From Haliotis rufescens (lineage: Eukaryota), in NCBI RefSeq assembly GCF_023055435.1, contig NW_025964361.1, positions 57,784,001 through 57,848,000 of the forward strand: DNA of 64,000 bases, read 5' to 3'. The notes beneath the pieces were generated by a model, which saw only the letters and a list, made by a program, of their open reading frames with translations, was not told the origin of the DNA and did no database searches. The translations under genes and the position numbers were made by a program. Below, in pieces: positions 52,601-64,000 of this stretch; the stretch's first letter is position 1; every line of letters begins with the position of its first letter.

Positions 52601-55600
52601 TTTGACTTATATTACACGCGATCGCGGGAGAAGATGAAATTAATAACTTAGATGTAAGTTTGACAACTTTTAGATATATTTTATATGTAATATATGTAAT
52701 ATGTATATATGTATGTATACCTTTGTATAGTTTATTTAAAGATATGTTTGACACGTCTTTATTTTGTTCTTTGACATGTGCGATGTGGACCCGTTATAGA
52801 AGTGTGTGTCCAAGAAAATTATTTTCAATAACATTGTGGAAAATAGTGAATAATTGTTTAACTTATCAATAAAAAATATTAATTGAAATGGAATACGTAT
52901 TTCAAACAGTGAAATGTGAGAGATTTAATAAATGAATGAAATGACAGGTTAGTTCATAAAATCCTATACTATTTTGGCGTGACTACGGCATGGGCATTCC
53001 ATCGGCCTACGGGGTCTGGAGCCTCGAGGCTTCTTGGCCGGTGTACCTGCTTACTGTGTTGAAAGATTTAAAGCTGACATCTTGCGGTGTGACTCACTCC
53101 AAATTTGTACTTCCAATCCGTGGTGCAAACACGAATTTCTGTATTTCTTTGTAGCAAGTAATATTAATGTTTTACATGTACGCGAGGAAGCGGAATGAAC
53201 TCTTTACTTTTATTTTCTATTTTTAGTCTGCAGTCAAGGAACTTTTGGCGCAGATTGTAACAATTTCTGTCATTGTTCTGTTGGACCCTGTGACCGAGTC
53301 AGTGGATTTTGTACTGGTAACTGTAGACCAGGGTGGCAGGGACAAAGCTGTTCTGTTGGTAAGGAAATAGTATAACTACTGTTGACATGCAACAATACTT
53401 TATGAGAATACGATTTGATACATCCTTGAATGAAAATAAACTTTTATCCCATGCTAGGTATTAATCTTAATATTTTATCAAGCCAAATAAGAAACGAATT
53501 CCTATGCCTTTCTTTATAAGGTTCTACCCGTGAAGATCCGGGGTAGCATAGATTTTCAGCAACCCATGCTTGCCGACTAACGGGATCGGGTGGTCAGGGT
53601 CGCGGACTTGGTTTACGCATGTCATCGAACCCAATTGCATGGATCAATGTTCATGATGTCAATCACTGGATTTTCTGGTCCAGACTCGATCATTTACAGA
53701 CCGCCGTCATATAGCTAGAAAATTTGCTGAGTGCGGCGTAAAACAACAAACCAAACCAAAACGTTATAAGGTTCAAAGCTATTTTCCCCTTTACGCCAAA
53801 TTTTAATCTGTTTCAGCGGATGATCTAGACTGGTTATTCTTTTGCACTGACAATCTATATTTCACAGAGTGTGATCGGGACCATTACGGAGTCAACTGTG
53901 ACGAGACGTGTGGGAACAGGAAATGTGCTGCTGATACACCGTCACAGATTGACTTAAAACTAGTTGTAGAACACTAAACAATTCTGAGTATTAAGGTACG
54001 ACAAAATATAAAAATGGGGCTATAGATCGCCAGCAACAAGGGTAAGATCACCATACTGGGGACCAAGGGGACTTACGGTACCTCTGCTACCTGCATGGTT
54101 CCCCAGCAGGATTTACACTTCCCCGAGTTACTGGTGATTATTGCGAGTTTAGCCAGATATTAAAAGTTAACAAATATTCTGCAGTTAAAATAGAGGTAGA
54201 TATAAATATACTTTGAAAGAGGTGGTCTTACATACCCTCTCAGGGGGACAATAATTTTACGCTGCTTCAACCCCCGTCGAGGGTATAGCCACGAACAGTC
54301 TCAGATACTAATTATACACTACCGATTTATAAAATACATAACTTTTTACATCAAAATTTGTGAATGAGATCTATATCTTTTAAAAAGTTAATGATTAAAT
54401 GTGAATTAACATTGCTAAAAAGGTCCTTCACTGTTTTGACAGTAAAATATTTATCCCTTGTGATGGAAAAATCAATACAGTCAAGCAGGACATGCTTGAC
54501 TGTGATTATCTCATCACAAGGGATACAAAACGGAGGATCCTCACCTTTTAATAAATATTCATTAGTATATCTACTATGGCCAATACGACATCGTCGTAAA
54601 ATGACCTCCTCAAATCTGGACTGACAACCCAAGTAGGTGTAACCGATATTTGGTTTAATTTGATGTAATTTATTGAGACCTACATGAGTGTCCCACTTCA
54701 TCTGCATTAGATCTCTGATGTAAGATCTAATGAGAGGTTTAAAATCACTGTATGGGATAAGAAGTGGTGTCACAAATTTGTTGAGTGCTGCTTTTGCAGC
54801 AGCATCAGCCATTGTGTTACCTTTTATGCCCATATGACTGGGTAACCAACAAAAGACGATGTCGAATTGGCCAGTTGAAAGATCATTGTAAAGTTCTATA
54901 ATATCTAAAATCAGTGGATGAGTCGAAGACACATTATTTAGTGCCTGAAGGCAAGAAAGAGAATCAGAAAAGATGATATATTGTTTACATGCAGACTGTT
55001 GTTGAATGTATATCAATGCTGTAAGAATAGCATTGGCCTCAGCAGTGAAAATAGAGCTATTGTCTGGTATTTTGAGGATATTATTTTTGATCCACCGACA
55101 GTGGCACTGTCTACTTTGCCACCATCCTTGGACCCATCAGTATAGATTGAATGGTGAGTGTCATATTTATTTCTTAATTGTAAATATTCCTGTTGATAGA
55201 ATAGCTGGTTAGTGTCAGATTTAAGATAACGTGTGAGGGAAATGTCTACTTCTGGCCTCACCAACTGCCAGGGAGGAGAAGGCAAAAGTCGGTAAGGAGA
55301 GATGATGTCCAGATCTAGATTTGCAGCAGTAATATGAGATTTGAGCCGAATTCCAAGTGGAGGAACCATCTTTGGTTTCTTCTGAAACAATTCTTCATAT
55401 AGGGGATTAAAAACGGAGTCATTAGCAGGATTTGAGGGATTGGAACGTAATTTAGTAATATACTGGAGAGACAATTTAATACGGCGTTGTTTTAAAGAGG
55501 GTTCATCAGCCTCGATACACAGGCTGTCAACCGGGGAAGTCCGAAAAGCACCAAGACAAAGTCTTAATCCTTGATGGTGGATTGAATCCAGTTTTTTTAA

Positions 55601-58600
55601 ATTACTCTTGCAAGCTCCAGCATACACAATGGAGCCATAGTCCAGCTTAGAGCGAATTAGAGATCTGTATAAGTGAAGAAGGGTTTTCTGATCCCCTCCC
55701 CACTTTGAGTTTGATACGACTTTTAGCAAATCTAAGGCCTTCAGGCATTTTGCCTTTAGATATTTAATATGTGGCAAAAAAGTTAGATGATGGTCGAAAA
55801 TTAATCCTAAAAAATTGGCTTCTTTTACAATCTTGATTGGGGTGCCATCTAAAAAGAGTTCAGGAACTTTATGAGGTTTTTATTTCCGACAAAAATGGAT
55901 ACAATTGGTCTTGGTGTGTGAAAACTTAAAGCCATTTTCAAGACACCATTTATGAATTTTATTAAGACACAACTGTAATTGGCCATGGCGTTCAATAGTG
56001 CGCATATTTTTACCACGACATGAGATATTAAAATCATCCACAAACAATGACCCATCAATTGAGTCATTTTGATAGACTATTTATTTTTATACTGAACAAT
56101 GTAACAGACAAGATACTGCCCTGTGGAACTCCCTGATCCTGATTATAATGATCAGACAAGGTTGATCCAACACGAACTTGAAATTGTCTGTCCGTTAAAA
56201 ACTGCGATATAAAATGAGGCAAACGGCCTCTTAAACCGAAGTCGTGTAAATCTTTTAAAATACCATGTTTCCATGTTGTATCATAAGCTTTTTCAAGATA
56301 AAAAAAGATTGATACAGCATGCTGGCTATTTACAATGGAATTTTTAATGAATGATTCTAAACGAACCAGATGGTCAATAGTACTTCGATTTTTGCGGAAA
56401 CCACATTGAATATTGGTAATAAGATTATTGGTTTCTAAAAACCATACTAATCGGTTATTGACCATGCGTTCCATGGTTTTACCAACGCAGCTAGTTAACG
56501 AAATAGGTCGATAATTAGATGGATCAGTATGATCCCGGCCAGGTTTTGGTATAGGGATAACAATGGCATTGTGCCAGGAAGGAGGAAAGTGTCCAGTTGT
56601 CCAAATATTATCAAAAATATTTAGAAGTGTTTCTAGACATGGATTGGGTAAATGTTTAAGGAGCTGATAGTGGATATTATCAGCTCCTGTTGCGGTGTCA
56701 TGAGCTTGCGCTAGGGCAGTATTGAGCTCATGTAGTGAAAATACTTCATTGTAGTCTTCACCGTTATCTGAATTAAAATTAATAGTTTTCTTTTCTTGTA
56801 ATTTTTATATTTCTGAAATTTGGGATTATAATTGGCTGATGAAGAGCGTTTTGCTAAAGTTTCACCCAACTTATTTGCGATGTCTACTTTGTCAGTTAGT
56901 AGACCATGATCATCTTTAAGATGATGAACGCCAGAATTTGAACCCTTCGCTTTGATTCTTTGTACCATGTTCCACACCTTTGTCATTGGTGTACGGGAAT
57001 TAATCTTTGATACAAAGTTTCTCCAAGACTGTCGCCGATTTTGTTTGAACGTACGTCGAGCCTTGGCACTATTTATCTTTACATTATTTAAATTGTGTAC
57101 TGTAGGGTGACGGCGAAAGTATTTTTCAGCCTTCCTCCTACTCTTCCTAGCCTGTTTGCAATCATCTGTAAACCGTGGTTTACGATTGCGAATATGTTGG
57201 TTAACAGAGGACTTTGGAATAGTTATATCAGCAATATTATTCAGATTGTCCGTGAACAACTGAATAGGGTCAGGGACATTGATAAAAATATCAGATTTTA
57301 ATTTGTCGGTACAAAGTGTTTGAAATAATGGCCAATTGGCCTTAGTAAAATTCCACCTTGTCGCAGGTGGATCATCAGTTGGGTTAATAGCTGAAAGAAT
57401 TGTGGGGAAATGGTCACTGCCACATAGGTCATCATGGACAGACCAATCAAATTCGTTATAAATGTTTGAATCTGTGAGTGACAGATCAAGTGCAGAAAAA
57501 GTTCCTGTAGCGGGATGTAAATATGTGTCGGAACCATCATTAAAGATGCATAAATTATTATTTGAAAGAAGTTTCCCTTTAGCATTGAAGTCTGTACTTC
57601 CCCATAGAGGGTTAAGCCCATTCAGATCTCCCATAATGATACAGGGTTTTGGAAGTTGGTCAAACACATTTTGAAGGTCAGACTGCTGAAGGGAGGAAGA
57701 CGGAGAAATGTACAAGGAGCACAATGTGAAGGTTATATGCAAAGAAAGTCTAACTGCAACAGCTTGAAGGTTGCATTTAAGAGAGAGAGGGCTATGGATG
57801 ATACCCTGCCTCACTAAAATAGAGGCATCGCCAGTGGCTTTATCTCCTGGAGGTGAAAAGCAATGATATGAAGTGTACCGACGAAGATCAAATTTATCTG
57901 TATTTTTTAGATATGTCTCTTGTAAACTAAAAGCTGATGGTTGTAAATCTTGTGTCAATAATTGAAGATCACTAAAATTGTTCCTAAGTCCTCTGCAATT
58001 CCATTGTATTAAATTGATAGACTGGCTCATGGAGGTTCAACTGGGGACCGTGGTCGTGTGGATGTGCCACTTTCAGGTACTGAATGAGAAGGAGCAACGT
58101 CCATGTCAAGTGGTTCAAACGAATTTTGAACCGTAACAGGAGCTGCCAAAGGAGATGACACCTCCAAATGTTGAAGAGCTTTGGTCCTTTTCTTTAGCTG
58201 TTTCTTTTGTGTTTTTGTGAGGTGAACAACACCCTGGACTATTTCACGAGAAGAATCAGTATCTAGGGTTGTTTCTGGTTGTGGCTCCTCAGTCTGGCTG
58301 GCTGAAGAACGTTGACAATGTTGTGAAATTTGTATGTTTTCATCTAAGTTTATCTGGGCTTCATTAATCCAAGATATCACTGTTTGGTAGGAAGTCGAGA
58401 CTGATGTAGATTTAGTAGGAGTGACTGGAGAAGAAGAAGAAATTGCAGCTGAATATGTTAGACTAGTGGTAGGTGCTGATTGTGCAGGAACTAATTTCTT
58501 TGCTTCAAAATAAGAGATGTTATTTTTGCATTTGAGTGTGATAATTTTGGTCTCATGTACAAAATTCGGACAGGATTTAGAAGATGCCACATGCTCACCA

Positions 58601-61600
58601 CTGCAGTTGGCACACTTCATGTCATTTGTGCATTCGGAGCTCTCATGAGTTCCACTGCAGCGTGAGCATCTTGCTTTGTTAGTGCAAGACCTTGCACCAT
58701 GTCCAAACCTTTGACACGTATAACATCGGAGTGGATTTGGTACATAGATTTCCACACCGATGTTACAATAACCTGCTTTAATGGATTTGGGAAGTGTTGT
58801 CAGTCCAAAAGTAAAAAGATATGTGTTTGTTTTGATAATGTTTGAATCCAGTTTCCTTGTAAAACGATTTACAGAGGATACTCCTTGTTCTTGTAACTCA
58901 GATACAATGTCTTCTTCTGTCATGTCTGAAAGACAACGCGACTAGTCTCTGACAATACCTCTACACGTATTCAGTGTCTTGTGTGCTGAAACAACAACCC
59001 GGGTGTTTACAAACTGCTGTAGACCCAGCAGATTGAGCGATTGTTGCCTCTTCATACATTCTACTAAAAGTGAACCGCTCCGGAGGCGAGTAACATTTTT
59101 AACGTCTCCGCAGACACCTTGGATGCCCTTTGATACAGCAAAAGGATTAAGTTTTAATGGACTACCATCTGCAGCTTCTATGACCAAGAACCTTGGCCAA
59201 GAATCCTTTCCTAAAGTAGATACTTCTTCATCATCATCAGAAGAAGATAAATGTCTTCTCTTATTTTCTTTGGATGAACCAGATTGTGAGTGTTGAGCCA
59301 TGGTATGAGAATAAGTTTCAGCAACCTTGCTCCCCACCCACCATCGAGTGTCAACAAGGACGATGTTGCAGTGGAAGCCAGACAGCAACACCAGGGTTAC
59401 AATGATGTTATACTCCAGAAATACAGACATAAATAGCCAAGAATTCCAAAAGAAGAAATGTCTGACTGGTTCGGCCCATGACAATATTCCCAAGAAACTC
59501 GGAATTCAGAGGTCTATATCACCAGATTGGCCCATGAGCCACCGCCTTCTAGCATAGGACTCTAGGCAAAAGTAACAATACAACAGTTTTGAAAATAAAG
59601 TTACAGTTTAACATTGGACATGTGATTCAAAATAAGAGATTGTCCATGCGCAGGGCATGACATGACCAGCCGATTGTTAGAATCGGGCCCATTCTATCAC
59701 CCGTCTAGGTGAAGTAAGGGTCGAAGTGGTGTGTTGGGCAAAAGGAACACTGTTCCTGGCTCCAGTGCCCTCAACCACCAGAATCCCGTCCTCCACCGAC
59801 ACAGGGGCGCAACCCACGGCAAACGGGTTGCCCAATTCGGTCGCCTCGTACGACCAGCAATGGGGTGCTGTGGACAAATTCTACCCCGAGTCCACACGGG
59901 GGAAGAGCTATTAGCGTTACCCAGCACTCACCACGAGGAGGTTGCTCTTCACGAGTGCCCACACTTCCATGGATATATCCCCATAAATATTCACGATCCC
60001 TATTTGTTTGTTGTATAGATCTACATATCCTCCACACCCGTCACCCTCGGCAATTAAACCATTTCATTTGGCCCCTCTTAAGAAGGTGTCATATTGTCTC
60101 TCACTGGTCATTGAGCCTTAGGTAACATCTCTCAACAGCATGCTATAGTACTTCAGGGATAATTTCGTTTATTTCTTATAGACATGCTGGTGTACTTTCT
60201 TGACCACTGGGTATCTATTCCGGTGCAATATAAAATTAGATAAATAGTGTATGTACAAGTTGATCAGTACGTCAGTATGTACGTGCTACAATTACAATAA
60301 CAGAGCTATAATGTTATTGTCAGGGAACGTTTTATATGTGCCCAATATTGGGTATATCTTTACAGAATGTTCCCTTGGGACCTATGGACAAAACTGCAGC
60401 AAGCAATGTACTCAGAGGAATTGTGCAGGAAACTCGTCATGTGATCACGTTACAGGAACATGTGTTGCCGGATGTAAAGCAGGTTGGATGGGCAAAGACT
60501 GTGTGGAGGGTAAGGGCTTAAATACCATCTGTATGTAAAAGAACTTTGTGTTGTAAAGGCTCTATACAATGCGGGAACGCCGTTTCCAGAACTTTACATA
60601 CCACACTAGTATCTAAATAAAGTAACTTCCTGATGACTGGTAGATTAAATAGTACTACGTCCCTGACAACTAATCACTGCCCAAATACAATGCAGGGAGC
60701 GTCTACCGAATCTTTCCAGAAATAATATAACACAGTTATTATCATTGTTAAACAATAAAATACACTGCCATGAAACAGAACGTCAAAATGTGCATGCCAT
60801 AATCACAGTAACAGAGCTATAGTGTTATTGTCGCGGTGCGTTTTATATGTGTCCAATAACGACTTTATTTTAACAGAATGTTCCCTTGTGACCTATGGAC
60901 AAAACTGCAGCAAGCAATGTACTCAGAGGAACTGTGCAGGAAACTCGTCATGTGATCACGTTACAGGAACATGTGTTGCCGGATGTAAACCAGGCTGGAG
61001 GGGCAAAGACTGTGTGGAGGGTGACGGCTTAAAGTCCATCAATTAGTGCATTATGTCATCAAAATGTATTTTATTCCGGTTCAATATAAAAGTAGTTAGT
61101 GTATGTAAACGTTGTCAAGTACTGTTGGATCTACATGTCCACTACACCTGTCACCCTCGGCAATTAAACCATTTCATTAGGCCCCTCTTAAGAAGGTGTA
61201 ACATTGTCTCTCACAGGTCATTGAACCTTAAGTAACATCTCTCATCAGTATGCTATAGTACTTCAGGGATAATTTCGTTTATTTCTTATAGACATGCTGG
61301 TGTACTTTCTTGACCACTGGGTATCTATTCCGGTGCAATATAAAATTAGATAAATAGTGTATGTACAAGTTGATCAGTACGTCAATATGTACGTGCTACA
61401 ATTACAATAACAGAGCTATAATGTTATTGTCAGGGAACGTTTTATATGTGCCCAATATTGGGTATATCTTTACAGAATGTTCCCTTGGGACCTATGGACA
61501 AAACTGCAGCAAGCAATGTACTCAGAGGAACTGTGCAGGAAACTCGTCATGTGATCACGTTACAGGAACATGTGTTGCCGGATGTAAAGCAGGTTGGATG

Positions 61601-63705
61601 GGCGAAGACTGTGTAGACGGTAAGGGCTTTAAGTCCATCGATTAGTGCATTATGTCTTCGAAATGTATTTTATTCCGGTTCAGTATAAAAGTAGATAGTG
61701 TGTGTAAACGTTGTCCAGTACTGTTACGTGTTGATTCCCAAAATGTAACATTATGTTCATCCAGAATCTGTATGTAAAAAAACTTTGTGTTGTAAGGATC
61801 TATACAATGCGGGAACGCCGTTTCCAGAACTTTACACAACACACTAGTATCTAAATATAGTAACTTCTTGATGACTGGTAGATTAAATAGTACTAGTTCC
61901 CTGACAACTAATCACTGCCCAAATACAATGCAGGGAGCGTCTACCGAATCTTTCCAGAAATAATATAACACAGTTATTATCATTGTTAAACAATAAAATA
62001 CACTGCCATGAAACAGAACGTCAAAATGTGCATGCCATAATCACAGTAACAGAGCTATAGTGTTATTGTCGCGGTGCGTTTTATATGTGTCCAATAACGA
62101 CTTTATTTTAACAGAATGTTCCCTTGTGACCTATGGACAAAACTGCAGCAAGCAATGTACTCAGAGGAACTGTGCAGGAAACTCGTCATGTGATCACGTT
62201 ACAGGAACATGTGTTGCGGGATGTAAAGCAGGCTGGATGGGCAAAGACTGTGTAGATGGTAAGGGCTTAAATACCATTGATTAGTGAATTCTATTTTCGA
62301 AATGTATTTTATGTTTTAGGTACCAGTTCAAAATACTGATTTTTTTACATTTTATATCATGTTACAACTATGGTCGAAACTGTTCCAAGACTTGAACCAC
62401 CACACATTGCGTGGGGAATCTCAACAGGGCATTGTGTCACCGGGTGTCTTCCTTGGTGGACAGCGGTGGACTGTACAAAGGGTACACATTAATAATGAAA
62501 TTATAACAATTGTTGAATCCAGATATGTTTGTGTGATGCTATGCCATATAGATAATAGTATACAGAATGTTGGACGTGTATTATACCGAACCAAAAACGT
62601 TAAGGCTCATGAATGTTTTTGGGATATGTTTTGTAGTGCAGACTGAGCACACACATTCATAGATATATCCCCCAAAATATTCACGATCCCTATTTGTTTG
62701 TTCACTAAAGATCTACATATCCACTACACCCGTCACCCTCGGCAATTACACCATTTCATTTGGCCCCTCTTAAGAAGGTGTAACATTGTCTCTCACAGGT
62801 CATTGAGCCTTAGGTAACATCTCTCAACAGCATGCTATAGTACTGCAGGGAGAATTTCGAGTATTTCTTACAGACATGCTGGTGTACTTTCTTGACCACT
62901 GGGTATCTATTCCGGTGCAATATTAAAGATATATAGTGTATGTACACGTTAACCAGTACGTCAATATGTACGTGCTACAATAACAATAAAAAGGTTATGG
63001 TGTTATTGTCGGGGCACGTTTTATATGTGCCCAATATTGGGTATATCTTTTCAGAATGTTCCCCTGGGACCTATGGACAAAACTGCAGCAAACAATGTAC
63101 TGACAGGAACTGTGCAGGAAACTCGTCATGTGATCATGTTACAGGAACATGTGTTTCCGGATGTAAAGCAGGCTGGATGGGCAAAGACTGTGTGGAGGGT
63201 AAGGGCTGAAATTAAAGTCTATCAATTAGTGCATTATTTCTTCAAAATGTATTTTATGTTCTTGGTACCAGTTCAGAATAATGATATTATTACATTTTAT
63301 ATCATGTTTCAGCTTGCAAAGCCCATCGCTATGGTCGAAACTGTGTTAGGACTTGCGCCACCAGACATTGTGCTGGGAACTCATCTTGTAACTCCACAGG
63401 GAACTGTGACAGCGGGTGTGAGACAGGGTGGACACTGGACGATTGTACAGGTAATGGTTCTGCATGTCACCTCCAAGAGGATTCGGTCTGTTGGGAAGAT
63501 GACAGTGGAGTTACACACGGTTGATGAAGTCCAACTTCAATGCAAAGCGGGATGTATTTCTTTGCAGCTTGCAACAGTCAACATTATGGAGCAAAGTGCA
63601 CCAAGCTCTGTGTCTCGAGATACTGTGTGGGGAATTCATCCTGTAACTCTACAGGGCACTGTGACAGTGGGTGTGAGAGAGGGTGGACACAGTCAGACTG
63701 TACAG
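43562..63705 (+). CDS. Gene B: signal peptide-EGF-F-type lectin-long EGF stalk receptor (3' end outside the window)
   Basis: Exons 43562-43628, 48295-48435, 49456-49668, 50498-50695, 53227-53358, 60366-60509, 60877-61020, 61476-61619, 62115-62258, 63055-63198, 63313-63450, 63568-63705. Open if the broken exons at 49240, 53868 and 62367 are skipped. Confidence 0.82.
43936..44003 (+). pseudogene. Duplicated, degenerate signal-peptide exon
   Basis: MADVRVLHVWTVVVESWILFND. The upstream gggttata..cacg.ccttgttgtccaat is duplicated too. One extra base shifts the donor to phase 2. Confidence 0.75.
44060..44830 (-). mobile_element. Penelope-like element 3' fragment (GIY-YIG endonuclease)
   Basis: GVINQINCDCGDSYTETSRPVDTRIKEH...HSEA...INRD. 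Degenerate hammerhead-like motif near 44070-44110. Confidence 0.8.
45894..46589. repeat. MITE/foldback structure with ~135-bp inverted arms
   Basis: 45911-46048 is inverted relative to 46455-46589. A separate 15-bp inverted repeat tattctaaaggtgct / agcacctttagaata spans 45894-46132. Confidence 0.85.
46717..47958 (+). mobile_element. Degenerate mariner transposon
   Basis: TACGAGG...CCTCGTA ends. IYHYDPEFKGQSVEWHHSTSPAPKK, LFHDN, GQRYDDNDDLKAAV, CIEKQGDYVE. Confidence 0.85.
47656..47820 (-). mobile_element. SINE family 1 nested in the mariner
   Basis: TSD ctgactataattga. Confidence 0.93.
48295..48435 (+). CDS. B N-terminal EGF exon
   Basis: GSCPAGKFGDLCSYFCHCGNDCNRTTGVC...GWVGGHGKTCQK. Confidence 0.92.
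49240..49386 (+). pseudogene. 3'-truncated F-type lectin exon a
   Basis: GNIVKGKSATSPSGVWDAAWTPDKAVDGNRDQDVLNSCFHSLWNQTHDS, then a switch to intron sequence. No donor. Confidence 0.9.
49456..49668 (+). CDS. B F-type lectin exon a
   Basis: ENVAYNKNATTPSGLYHHDPPWSADKAVDGNRDQDVFHNSCFHAGRYPSVWKVDLGQPYKIHDVRIYNRAK. Confidence 0.92.
49710..49865 (+). mobile_element. SINE family 1, diverged
   Basis: B box and tail conserved. Confidence 0.85.
50498..50695 (+). CDS. B F-type lectin exon b
   Basis: YILRIRTAALSV...CDAIGQYVTI...LNLCEVEIY. Confidence 0.92.
53227..53358 (+). CDS. B EGF-like exon
   Basis: VCSQGTFGADCNNFCHCSVGPCDRVSGFCTGNCRPGWQGQSCSV. Absent from the ORF track. Confidence 0.92.
53525..53763 (+). 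mobile_element. SINE family 4 (5'-truncated)
   Basis: TSD ttataaggttc, tail ccgccg...cggcgtaaaacaacaaacc. Related relics near 3840-4030 and 45310-45495. Confidence 0.8.
53868..53944 (+). pseudogene. B EGF exon truncated by the LINE
   Basis: ECDRDHYGVNCDETCGNRKCAADTPS, then non-EGF sequence and a stop. Paralogue of 25324-25470. Confidence 0.88.
54351..58030 (-). pseudogene. LINE ORF2 (APE-RT-RNase H), frameshifted
   Basis: IQWNCRGL, LQET, GDLN, GSDH; QCGFR, LEKAYD, GVPQGS, LFVDD; YTDGS, FSDS, WLPSH..GN..AD; CIPC...HVLLDC. Confidence 0.93.
58027..59301 (-). pseudogene. LINE ORF1 (gag-like, three CCHC knuckles) with one in-frame stop
   Basis: CYTCQRFGHGARSC, CSRCSGTHESSEC, CANCSGEHVASSKSC. 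TAG at 58942-58944. ATGA overlap with ORF2. Confidence 0.92.
60366..60509 (+). CDS. B EGF exon, copy 1
   Basis: ECSLGTYGQNCSKQCTQRNCAGNSSCDHVTGTCVAGCKAGWMGKDCVE. Confidence 0.9.
60877..61020 (+). CDS. B EGF exon, copy 2
   Basis: Near-identical to copy 1, with a weaker donor GTGACG. Confidence 0.82.
61476..61619 (+). CDS. B EGF exon, copy 3
   Basis: Near-identical, donor GTAAGG. Confidence 0.88.
62115..62258 (+). CDS. B EGF exon, copy 4
   Basis: Near-identical, donor GTAAGG. Confidence 0.88.
62367..62480 (+). pseudogene. Decayed EGF pseudo-exon
   Basis: Homologous to 63313-63450, but the acceptor is lost (ttacaa vs tttcag), with deletions and an in-frame TGA. Confidence 0.8.
63055..63198 (+). 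CDS. B EGF exon, copy 5
   Basis: ECSPGTYGQNCSKQCTDRNC...GWMGKDCVE. Confidence 0.9.
63313..63450 (+). CDS. B EGF exon
   Basis: ACKAHRYGRNCVRTCATRHCAGNSSCNSTGNCDSGCETGWTLDDCT. Confidence 0.9.
63568..63705 (+). CDS. B EGF exon
   Basis: ACNSQHYGAKCTKLCVSRYCVGNSSCNSTGHCDSGCERGWTQSDCT. Confidence 0.9.
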
Positions 63706-64000
63706 GTATGCACTTGTAATCTCCTTCTGTAAGGGTAATTCGGGTAGTAAACAGCAGTCAGGAGAAATAAGGCAGTAACTATTCTCAGCATTGTTAATAT
63801 ATCATGAACGGAGCTTTCTTTTGGTTTCAATACTCTGTCATAATATAACCAAACATAACATATAACCTTACCATCTCTATTATCATATATCTTTGTTGAT
63901 GACAATATCTTCACAGAGTCCTCAGCAAGAATATGTCATGGTGTGTGCATCAATACTGTCACAAGCAGGCTAAAATTATCCATGCATTCATAATTCCTCC

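Larger units (their letters stand above)
53945..59962 (-). mobile_element. Near-full-length I-group (Nimb/I-like) LINE, inactivated
   Basis: 5' UTR, ORF1 and ORF2 with APE, RT, RNase H and CCHC domains. Element ends are approximate. No TSD found. Confidence 0.93.

Noticed and set aside
63025-63732. 235-aa ORF
   Set aside because: It is an alternative frame running across three EGF exons and their introns.

Overview
Eukaryotic, intron-rich, repeat-rich animal DNA. The SINE families look molluscan, possibly abalone; this is an inference. The core is a plus-strand tandem cluster of type-I membrane receptor genes: signal-peptide exon, one EGF-like exon, an F-type (fucolectin) lectin domain split over two exons, a variable stalk of EGF-like exons, a transmembrane exon and a Tyr-motif-rich cytoplasmic exon. 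All ectodomain exons are symmetric phase 1-1. Three modules are visible. A1 (16.9-26.6 kb) and A2 (27.5-37.4 kb) are separated by an N gap, so they are one two-lectin gene or two genes. B runs from 43.6 kb past the window end. Signs of active diversification include variable lectin loops, a truncated lectin exon replaced by a paralogue-type exon, an inverted orphan exon fragment, recently multiplied EGF exons, a LINE-broken exon, and two 74-bp minisatellites made of an EGF exon end plus its splice donor. The remainder is a probable first exon of an unrelated minus-strand gene, minisatellites, four SINE families, three Tc1 and one mariner element, an I/Nimb-type LINE, and R4-like, Penelope-like, BEL/Pao-like and other TE relics. 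Most short ORFs in the track are spurious.
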